DNA of 62,996 bases, the filler included, from Reticulomyxa filosa (lineage: Eukaryota; Protista; Foraminifera), in assembly GCA_000512085.1 (NCBI GenBank). It is 21 parts of 21 records of this genome, joined end to end, with 100 filler letters (N's around TTAATTAATTAA, not from the genome) between each part and the next. Parts side by side here need not be neighbours in the genome. Positions count along the whole stretch, not along the records: positions 51,861 to 56,195 come from ASPP01021777.1; positions 56,296 to 57,622 come from ASPP01000016.1; positions 57,723 to 62,996 come from ASPP01005399.1; 18 more parts are not named here. One strand, given 5' to 3'. Made by a program: the position numbers and the translations under genes. The notes under the pieces were generated by a model. That model was given only the letters and a program-made list of their open reading frames with translations, was not told where the DNA came from and did no database searches. Shown in pieces: positions 53,187-62,996 of the stretch. The first letter of the stretch is position 1, and each line of letters opens with the position of its first letter.

Positions 53187-54349
53187 TTAAAATGAAAATA
53201 ATTTTTTAATTTGATTAAAATCTTCAATTTTATCAATATTATAAATTCGTAATTGATCTTTTTGAAATCCTTGCTCTTGAGCAATTTGTAATACTAATGA
53301 AGATAATATTCTTTTTGGTCCTATTTCTATAAAATCAGTAATACCATCTTTTAAACATTTTATAATACTATCATTCCATAATACAGATGATATTAATTGA
53401 TTACATAATAAATCTTCTAATATTTGATTATTTATTATTTCAATTGATTTATATCTTTTTGCATTTAAATTAAATATTATATCATTTTTTGAATTATTAA
53501 TATTAAAATTAAATATTTGTTTATTTTCATTTATATAATCTTTTAAATAATTTATACTTGGTTTCATTAAATTAGAATGAAATGCTCCACTTGTATTAAT
53601 CATTAATATACGTATAGATTTTGATTGTTGATTTAATAATAATATTTTATTTATTACTTTTTTTATTATTTCATTATTTCCAGAAATAACTATTTGTTTT
53701 GATGAATTAATATTTGCAATATTTATTATATATGAATTATTTTCTTTTATTTTACATTCTTTTTCTATTATTTCTTTTATCCATTCTAATTTAGCTCCAA
53801 TAATTGCATACATACATTGATTATCTTTATTACAACATTTATTCATTGCTTTTGCTCTACATTCTACTAATTTTAATGCATTCTTCCATGATTCTTCTTT
53901 TTTTAAATTATTCTCTTTTTCAAAATATCCTGCTGCATATAATGCTGTTAATTCACCTAATGAATGTCCTAACATTACATCATTTTTTTTTATTTCTGAT
54001 TTAAATTTGGTATATTTAAATAATTTAAAATTGCTAATGAATGTACAAATACAGCTAGTTGTGCATATAATGTTTCTGTTAATTTATCTAATGGACCATT
54101 AAACATAATATTTGTCAAAGAATAACCTAAACATTCATCTGTTTCATCTAACAAATTCTTAACACTTGGAATTGCATCGTACAAATCTTTACACATACCC
54201 ACATATTGTGATGCTTGACCTGGAAACAATAAACAACGAGTTGCGCCAGGTCTTGTTGAGCCATAATATCTCCAACAGCACACAAGCCGAGGGAAAGGGT
54301 TCGGAATGTCTAAATGATGCCAATTTCTTCTAGAGATTCTCGAGTACAT
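53187..54349 (-). CDS. MCAT: Mitochondrial malonyl-CoA:ACP transacylase (FabD/MCAT)
   Basis: Arg-rich presequence; LFPGQASQYVGM; LTETLYAQLA; GHSLGE; ANINS..QIVISG; SGAFHS.LM; FIEIGP. One-base frameshift near 53993. Confidence 0.92.
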
Positions 54350-54807
54350 GTTTTTTTTAATTAACTGCTCAAAACGTTACACGAAATTTTTCTTGAAGCG
54401 TTTCTTTGAAAACTTTTCATGTTGCAAAGAAATTGTGTCAAATTCAAGACATTTACTTTGAAACATTAGATAAAAATGAGCAGATTAAGGCATGCAATAC
54501 ATTATGTCGTAGAACTTTTTTTAAATTACGAAATGTGGCTGAGTTCTTTTAATCAACAATCATCAATTCTTCAAAGTGGAAAAAAAGGCTTTATCATGCT
54601 CATCGTTTTTTTATATCTGAGAATTGCCAAAAGAAACACAAAAAAAAAAGGCAAGAAGCAAAAGAGAGAAGAAGCACTGATAAATCAATAACCACTTTGC
54701 TTGTCATGCTTGGACACCGTCCCAAAAGGGAATATTAAAAAAAAAAAGAAGAATTTGTGTACAAGATTGTCATTGAAGAATCCTATCTAGCATTAAGTAG
54801 GGTCATT

Positions 54808-56130
54808 TCACTGTGTCGGAGGCTTTTTGTACTCTTGAGAGCCGCGTGCTTTGGTTTCTCCATCTAAGCGGCCATCAAGATCCAAATCATGATCCATTGT
54901 TCCATGTTCTTCAGATGTAATCTCAGGACGTGGTGAGGCGGGAACGCTGTAATTTCCTTTTGTGGCTCCATCATCAAACAATTGTGCAGTTGTTTCCATC
55001 CTAGGGAAGTGTCGTTTTGTTGGGTCGCCTTCCTCATTGTTTTCAGCTTCAGCAATTGGAGCCGGATTTGTGTTTCCTGGTTTAATGCTTTGGCCCAAGA
55101 AAAAGTCCAGCAAATAAGACAAATGCACTTCTTGAAGAGGTGACGGTGTTTTACTTTCGTCTGTGGAAGCCAATTTGGTGGAGAAGTTCACTCGCAATGT
55201 AAACTGTTGTTATTATTGTTATTGATGTTATGGTTATTGTTAATGAATTATTTCTTAATATTATATTATATTGTATTGTATTGTATGAGATTAGATTGTT
55301 ATAACTCTACCTTGATATCCGCAGGCTCATAATATTTTGGTTTAAATGACAAATGTATTCCAGCTTCTTTACCTTTGACAAAGTCTCCATTCGGGAAAGT
55401 CTTATCTCTTATTTCAACGCCTTTTTTTGCTATAATTGTGACAATTTTTTATGATATGATATTTTACAACGTGTTTTTGACGAGTAATGAAAAGTATTAA
55501 AGATATTCGAGCATTCACGCTACTATATCGTGTCTTAACTGTGAATATCCATAGGATCGATCGTAATCACTTCTTTTGAACACTCAATCTATTCTTCCCC
55601 GAAGAAATTACCACAGCAGTTCAATTGAGAGGGGGAAAAACAAAGAACGGATATTTTGTTTAAAAGAGATAAGTTCAATAAGCAAGCAAACAAAAAAAAA
55701 AAAAAAAGGGACCCACATTGGTGACTGTTACAAAAGGATCAAAAAGTGGCTGGTCATGTCCTTGCTCATTGTCTTTCTTTTCATCATCATCATCGTCATC
55801 ATTTAAATCTTCCTCCTCTTCGTCTTCGTCTTTTCCATTGAAATTAGTGTCACTCTCAGCGATCACAGTATCGATTTGAATTTGAGCTTCTTCCATATGA
55901 CGATTTTGGAACCTCATCAGTATCTTACTCACGACATTGCTCACCAATCCACCCGATATCACTTCCAAGGTTACTCGTGGCAAGTAATCTAACACTGCCG
56001 TTCGAATATCAAAGTTCGCGCCCCTTCCGCTCAACGTAGGCTTGCACACATACGAGCTGCAGTGTTTATATGGGCAACGGAACGACTCTTTCGTAGTCAA
56101 GTGAAATTTCTGTGGCAAGTGTTCACTGTA
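54808..56130 (-). CDS. DCTN4: Dynactin subunit 4 (p62), 3' exons
   Basis: LPQKFHLTTKESFRC...CSSYVCKP.......FDIRTAVLDYLPRV matches the p62 pattern PRHKHL..KRS.RC..C...L.KP....FKI...A..YIP.V. Confidence 0.65.
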
Positions 56131-56667
56131 ACAAATACAACAACAACACCTTGTAGTTTTTATCTTGTATACACATATATATAATATATATATATNNNNN
56201 NNNNNNNNNNNNNNNNNNNNNNNNNNNNNNNNNNNNNNNTTAATTAATTAANNNNNNNNNNNNNNNNNNNNNNNNNNNNNNNNNNNNNNNNNNNNGAATT
56301 CACCATTACTTACAAACAAATTATTAAGTAAATTTCTAAAAAAGTTTTCAAGTCAGAAAGAACTTTACTTAACTACATATTATATTTGCGACTGTTTTTG
56401 CAAATCTAATTATATCGTAAATTACTTTTTTTATTCAGTTGAAAATTGAATTAATGTACCTTTTCTTTTTTTCGTCAAATCGTTTTTTTATCTTACTGAA
56501 ATAAGATATTCTTCAAAATAAGCATATCAAAAGTATTTATTTTTTAAATACACAAATATGTTTAATTGAAGATTTGTCATCTTATATCGTCAAGTAAGTG
56601 TTGAGAAATTTTTTGTTTTGTGAAGAAAATTCAGAAAATTTTTATTCCAATTCACAAAACAAAAATA

Positions 56668-57536
56668 ATGGCAACAACCGGTGAAGGATTGTCAGAAGAA
56701 GACGAGCATGCGTATACTCTGCAGCTGATAATAGATATGTTGATAGCGGCAGGGTATTTCCGTGCGCGTATCAAAGGGCTTGACGCGTTTGACAAAGTAG
56801 CAGGAGGGATGGCGTGGGCGATACGAGCAAGTGGTGTGCCAATAGAGGTGGAGGTGCAATTTAAAGAAAACGCGAGCATAGGTGAAAAATTGCATTTGTG
56901 TGAGCAGCTAGTGCAAGCACTGATAGAAATGAAATGTCCAGCAGCGATTGAGCCGCACCAAATCCAAGGGTTGCATTTGGGATGTTTGCCGATATTCCCT
57001 GTTGTGCAATGGTTGGTGAAGGCAGTGATTGACTACCGAAAGATGACCGGAGATAGTGTGAGGAACTATTCCACCTTTTTATTTGACGTGGACTTTGTCA
57101 ATAATTCCGTGATTATATCAAACAAGATGAAGAGCAGTCCATCGGCTCAAGAAAAAAAGTAGAGCACGAGCAAGAAGAGAAAAACCAAAGTACGGGTCAA
57201 GCGACCCAATTGTTTGAGGACATCGTCACAGTTAATCATATATGTGTATATATATATATGTACATATATATATTTTTTTGGAGAGGAGTAAGTTAAGCTG
57301 ACGTGTAACCATAACAAAAGTAACATATAATATACAATCCATGTCCTAGATGGACGGGAAACACTTTTTGGAAACAACCAAAGAAAGTTATCAATTCAAT
57401 CGTAAGTTTACGAAAAGCGCAAATGCAACTTACAAAAATGCTTTTTCATACGTGGACGCCACTCTGTTGGAATACGGGTTTAAGTTTCGAGCTGAAAGCA
57501 TGTTTACTGCTGGCACGAACGCCGCTGTCACTCAAG
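56668..57536 (+). CDS. CCDC93: CCDC93 (CCC/Commander complex), 5' part
   Basis: IIDMLIAAGYFRARIKGLDAFDKVAGGMAWAI...F.EN..IGEK...MKCP..IEPHQIQGL...IFPVVQWLVK. Confidence 0.92.
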
Positions 57537-57589
57537 TTTGCCTTTTGATTATATATTTATGTATATATGTAGTGTATACATATACATAT

Positions 57590-57622
<33 letters not shown>

Positions 57623-57722
57623 NNNNNNNNNNNNNNNNNNNNNNNNNNNNNNNNNNNNNNNNNNNNTTAATTAATTAANNNNNNNNNNNNNNNNNNNNNN
57701 NNNNNNNNNNNNNNNNNNNNNN

Positions 57723-59984
57723 CAGTGTTTCCTTTTTTCGTTGTTGTTGTTTTATTTGCCAGATATAACCAAAGATTACACAAACAAAGATACTTGAAGT
57801 TTTGATGGTTCATTCGCATTTCGAGATAGTTTGCTTATCACTTGTTTAACATTCTTCAAATTTCCCATCAATCGATGGCAAAACGTTATTTTTTCGACCT
57901 TTTTGAATAAAAAAAGTTCAAAACGAGGGGGGTCATAAACAACAAAAAAAAATTGTATAAATGACGAACCATAACAGTAGGAAAGTTGCTTGATTGTGGA
58001 GTGATCAAAAGTGGAGAGGCAGCATTCTGTAATGAATCCAATTTTTTTTGTTCCAATAATGTCTGAAATTTTGTTCTAACTTCACCGACGTACGCTTCCA
58101 ATTGGGACAGCAGTTGCTGGTTTTCACTTTCCAACATTGTGAGTACCCCCTCTTCGTGGAACAGTACTGTCTCAGCCCATTTTTTTTTATTTTTTTTTAG
58201 ACTGAGTAAAAATTGATAAATTAAACAAAAAAAAAAAAAGAAAAAAAGTGTAAATCAAAACTTGGAAAATTTTCAAATTCCGAAATCACCAATTGAGGTT
58301 GACCGGAAACACTCAATAATCTTGATCGCATTAACTTGGCGCATTGGCGCAAGGCCTCCTTTCCGATTGACGCCTTCCATCCTTTCATTGCAATATTCCA
58401 TTCTCTGTTTGTTCTGTTGTCACAACTCCACAAGTCGGTATTCATCTTTGCAAACACTTGTTTCCAATAGCTTGTCAATTCTTGTTTTTTCATTTCCGTT
58501 TGTCCCAATACTCTTTCCATTTCCTTTATTTTTTTTTAAATGCAGGTGAAAAGAGAGAGAGCAAAAAAGAAAGGCTTTTGTTGTCATTGTAAATTGTAAC
58601 TTGTAACAATCCACAAATATACGAAATATCTTCAATTCTCGAGTACAATGCCAAAAAGTCTGGGTGGATCACTATTGCTGAGTCAAGTTGGCTATCCCAT
58701 GCTTTCACAAAGTTACTGCTTTTAGGTTTTTCGTGCTTAAAGTATTCCGTCAGTTGTTCTCTCATTGTTAACCATTCTTTCATGCAAGACTGGAGTTCAT
58801 TCAAATTCCATACCTTTTCCGTGCCATTTTTTTTTTTTGGTGTTTGTTGTTTTTGCACAGTATACGTAAGCAAAGATTGACCCATTATATCAGCTAGATA
58901 AATAAAAAAAGAAAAATATATATAGATATATAGACATATATACATATACATATATGTATATATATATAATGTCTATATATGTGTACATAAAAATAAAATA
59001 TGTACACATAATAAAATAAGCAAAACAAAACGGAGATCATTTGATTGTCAGTTGTGTCGAATAAATGCAAATGGACTTCGCTTCCAAGAGTTTGAAGTAA
59101 GTAGTTTGTAGCAAATGCAATGATTTGAAAGTCTGTGATAATCAACAAATTTGCGATGCGATCGCAGGGAATGGCCTCGTCCCAAAGAGACTGATATATG
59201 TGATAAATGTCGTGTAGCCATTGGTGCATATCAATCATCGCTTCTTTGGCTTGACTTTTGGACGTATCTATTGGAACGGTCAATCCTTTCACCAAATCGC
59301 CAATCTTTTTTCCGTCGGGTTTTTTGTTCCAGAAATCAATTTCTTCCTCGAGTTTGTGCAAAGCATTCAGATGTGATATCTCTCCTTTTTTATGAACCAA
59401 CATCAAATATGCCTTTAGCGTTTCGTTCATTGTTTTTAATGGGCCGAGTACTTTTTCATTTCCAGATTGGACATCATTACTATTATCCAAAAAATAAATA
59501 AATGAAAAACAATATTTTGACAATTTTTTTTTTTGTATACGTCAAAAAAAAAGCAGCTGCAGTTGCAAACAATTGATAAATGATTTGTATGCATGTGTTA
59601 TGTGAACTGTTGAATGCATGGAATGTAGACATGCGTCAGCATTGATTGCAGTGATTCATATATCTGTGCGGGGTTCTTCAAATGAATTGTTGTGAACGAT
59701 GGAGCATCTTCATTTCCATCAACACTTTGGGATTGTGTTTTTATTATAAACACTCCTTCTTCCAAATTTTGCTCAAAAATCTGATTGTTATTCGCCAAAA
59801 TGTGCAATTTGCGTGGCTTAGACGAACAAAAAATTGCTATTGCTTTGCAATGCCATGAAACTGCAAACTCTTTTAACAGTTCATTTGTATAACATTCCTT
59901 TGCCGCTTCCTCCTCTCGTTCAAAGCCAAAAACAACACTTATTAATTGACACAGCCGCTCCAGCGTGCTGCTGTGTTCAGTCAT
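57723..59984 (-). CDS. DYNC2H1: Dynein heavy chain N-terminal tail, most like cytoplasmic dynein 2 (IFT dynein); truncated by contig edge
   Basis: Ordered motifs LQSMLTHVYIP, EEIDFW, LWD...DRIANLL, DIMGQSL, EWL....LT, RIEDI, PQLVISEF and E.QQLLSQL parallel the DYNC2H1 N-terminus over several exons. Confidence 0.68.
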
Positions 59985-60763
59985 TTCGTCTCTTTTTTTG
60001 TTATTGCTGTTCTTTTGTTTTTAGTAATATCCGTGTTCGCTAACTTTTAGCTCAAACTCTCCTAAACTGTGACATCACAATTTCGTCACCTAGGGCTGTT
60101 CACAAATTTGTACTACCTTTGATGACGTCAAAAACTTAATTAAAAATAAACAGGCTTTCCAATTACTCTTAGATCAACAATTTTAAAAAGAGACAAAAGT
60201 AGGCAGTAAAACATGTGTCCAATTTTTTAGAACCGACCTTGTTTAAACTGTTTTTATAAGGTTCTATCCAACTTATTTTTTTAGTGCAACAATTGAATAT
60301 TATCTATTTTTTCAACAATTATTAATTAAAACTATCCACACATTTTCCTGGATCGTTCATTAACTGTCGAACACAAAACCCAAGAAAGTTTTTCAAATAG
60401 GTGTGATTCTGATTAGGTGAGATTTGTGTCGATGCTATGCAAAAAAAAATTTTACAAGTGTACTCCAAAAAACAAAATATGAACAAGAAATAGTTAAAAA
60501 GAGCAGTAAACACGTTTGAAGAGAAGGAGTTTTTTGTTTTTGAAATAAACTCGATTTCAACTGAGTACCTTTAATTGTCATTTGTCAGAAGTTGTGGTGA
60601 ATCTTTAACTGGTAATTAGAAGAAAAAGAAAAATTTTGGTTCAATAACTTCTCATGTTTGACACATAGGAACACGAGGGAAAAAAGGGGAGAAGGGGAAG
60701 AAGTGTAGTAATTTCTGGAAATTCCTTTTTTTTTTTTTTTTTTTTTTATGAAAACAGCAAGCA

Positions 60764-61561
60764 ATGAACAACGGGAGAAACAAGCACAATGATATACATC
60801 ATGATGACGAGAATATTTCCGTGGTAACTCCTTTTGATGAAGGTAATGAGACGATCCAAACTACAACAACGAGGGGTGGTGTTCATCGAGTTGTCCAAGT
60901 GAGAACATATTCCGGAGTCTGGTCTTGGCTTAGAGATAATTGTTATGTACCATTCATTGCTTCATTTCAACAGCAGCTGTTTAATGATGTAGTCCATGCA
61001 GGCATTAATATTTTCCCCATAATACCAATTGGCTATTTCTTTAGCAAATCGAGGCAAAGAAGTTGATTTTCAAAAAAAAAAGGGGGGGGGGGAAACAACA
61101 CGCATACATTTTGTTTTTCTCTTTCTGCTACATTAGACGCCACATACAACATATCCCCAAAAAAATGAACAGTAAAACCTTGTCAAGAAATGACCCAAGT
61201 AGAAATGGAACAGAAAGCATCAGAAGTACAAAACAGAAATCAAAATCGTGGATGGAAAGATAAAGTGTTTTCTGTCCAAGGAGTCTTCATATTATCACTA
61301 CTTGCGGCTATATGTCTCGTTGGTATTACTGACGATAGCCATCGTCAACCACCTTCCCACACAACACGATCTGCATATCATCATCATCAAAATTATCGCA
61401 CATATAAACATGACAGTACTTCTGACACTCAAAATCGTTTTTATCCATCCACAAATCGAGGTGCTACTGCATTCCAGTCTCCAAACAATAAGACATCCAA
61501 CACAAACCCTTTGGACAAAGCCCGCCAAGATAACAAAAATAACGTGATGAAAGAGAGATAA
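60764..61561 (+). CDS. Hypothetical membrane protein, 2 exons
   Basis: In-frame join through intron 61062-61172; hydrophobic segment VFILSLLAAICLVGI. Confidence 0.55.
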
Positions 61562-62482
61562 ATGATAATCAAAAAAAAAAAAAAACATTTTAAATAGCAT
61601 TGACTCTTTTTGTTTGTCTGTCTCTTCTATACTCCTCCTTCTATACTTGTTGTTGCAATTATTTATCCATTTTATCCATTGAAAGGTTTTCAGGTCACGA
61701 AGATGCTAGTATTTGAACAAATGCAAACATTTGCACACTCTTTTTTTACATTTTTTTGGTCAATCATCCCTTGGTACATGAGTTGGATCAGGGTTTGTTG
61801 CGATATGTGTTTTTGTATGTGTGATGATTGAGGGATTTGGTTCGTACACATGTTTCAATGTTCTGAAGTCATTTTTGCAGCAAGTCAAGTCTGCTAAAAA
61901 ATTATTGGAACATTTGTCTTCAATTTGATTTTTCATAACTTTTTTTTCCCTCACCAAATAAACAGCGCTTATTTTTAAAAACTTTAACTCTCTTGAAAAT
62001 TTAAATTCAACGGTCTATCTTATGAAGAATCTAGTTCCAAACTTTTTGTGTCCAGACAAGTTTTTTTTACAACACAGACATTTTTTCTAACTCTCCAAAA
62101 ATTGAATATTTCGCAAATCAGATTTTTTTATGAATAATAGAGTTTTTTTATCAATTGAACACAATTGTTTATTGAACCAACAACCATAAACTTTTCTCTT
62201 TATCCTCTTTGCATTATGCCCTTTTTTTTAGTAAAACAAACCAAAAATTGATGTAAACGTTACGATGGAGTGGATAAAAGTATTAATTAAAGACGTTTTG
62301 TGATGCAAAAGCCAAATTATCAAGTCTCAAAAAGCGTTCGTGTACAATTTGGAGTCTAATGCCAATCACCAAACCAACAAAAAACTGCAACCCAGTCTAA
62401 CCAAATGAAAACGCAAAATATCATGCCATTTCCACGGGCACTTATAATAAAGCAAAAAACACAAAACAAAACAAAAACGAAA

Positions 62483-62959
62483 TCATTTTTGCTCTCTACT
62501 GGCTCGTTGAGTGACAAGCGGTTCGAATTCGAATCCAAATTCAAATTCAACCATAATGGAAAAGTGATCTGAGGGGTATTCCCACCCCGGCAATAAAGTC
62601 TCTTGATTAACTTCTTTTTCAGTGGGAATACTCAGAATCTTTGATAAATAGACATTTTTATGCTTTTGATAAAATATATAATCAATAGTATGTTTATCAA
62701 CGCCACCTGCCCTTTTTTTCCACGTTGTGAACTCTGGTTCATCACCCAATGCGTCACGATAGGCACTGTTCAACTCCATCCCCCATTGCGGCTGATAACG
62801 GAGTTGTGTGAGATTCAACAATTCCGTTTCATTTTTTTGTTTTTTATTGTGATCATCGATCATTTTCTCAAAAATGCGCTTGCTTTCAACAATTGACATG
62901 TACGCAAGCGGATCAAAGCCTTTTGTATTCTGTTCAAGCCATAGCACGTTTTTTTTCAA
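62483..62959 (-). CDS. NOCT: Nocturnin-like EEP phosphatase (CCR4 family), last exon
   Basis: LNSAY....EPEFTTWKKR.G...HTIDYIFY...LPGWEYPSDHFS...EF. Confidence 0.85.
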   Translation of the reverse strand: MKKNVLWLEQNTKGFDPLAYMSIVESKRIFEKMIDDHNKKQKNETELLNLTQLRYQPQWGMELNSAYRDALGDEPEFTTWKKRAGGVDKHTIDYIFYQKHKNVYLSKILSIPTEKEVNQETLLPGWEYPSDHFSIMVEFEFGFEFEPLVTQRASREQK

Positions 62960-62996
62960 CCAAGGAGGGAAAGAAGAACGTAAAAAAACAAAAAAA

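Noticed and set aside
8653-57722. Regularly recurring TTAATTAATTAA as a biological repeat or CRISPR-like array
   Set aside because: Always embedded in exactly 44+44 Ns: an artificial concatenation linker.
51187-59984. Apparent cluster of microtubule and trafficking genes (CAP-Gly, DCTN4, CCDC93, dynein-2)
   Set aside because: Each lies on a different contig; adjacency is artefactual.
300-62130. Frequent TCAGA words in intergenic DNA
   Set aside because: A 5-mer of this composition is common by chance; enrichment cannot be shown by eye.

Overview
This window is not a contiguous locus. It is 21 short contigs joined by 20 identical artificial 100-bp spacers (N44-TTAATTAATTAA-N44), so adjacency across spacers means nothing. 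Twenty contigs come from an AT-rich, intron-rich protist with homopolymer- and (TA)n-rich introns, decayed WD40, CAP-Gly and Kelch-like paralogues, and LINE remnants. The style suggests a foraminiferan such as Reticulomyxa, but that is inference. One contig (29345-30522) is high-GC bacterial: the tail of an M16 peptidase plus a YddA/FusD-like ABC membrane domain. Recognisable eukaryotic genes are a prolyl-4-hydroxylase-like protein, a CYP86-clan P450, a permuted papain-like peptidase, an MFS transporter, PRP40, Spc24, adrenodoxin reductase, a Zn2Cys6 factor, a RAD51C-like protein, a TIS11-type CCCH protein, CHMP1, mitochondrial FabD, dynactin p62, CCDC93, dynein-2 heavy chain and nocturnin. 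The most interesting observations are: (1) many introns end in A-runs rather than polypyrimidine tracts and carry internal complementary arms, suggesting structure-assisted splice-site definition; (2) a phase-consistent 7-exon gene fuses an F-box to a Skp1 domain; (3) a P4H-like protein has lost its metal ligands; (4) several GC-rich structured non-coding islands; (5) recurrent single-base frameshifts at homopolymers, most likely sequencing errors. All protein calls come from recognising motifs by eye; no searches were run.
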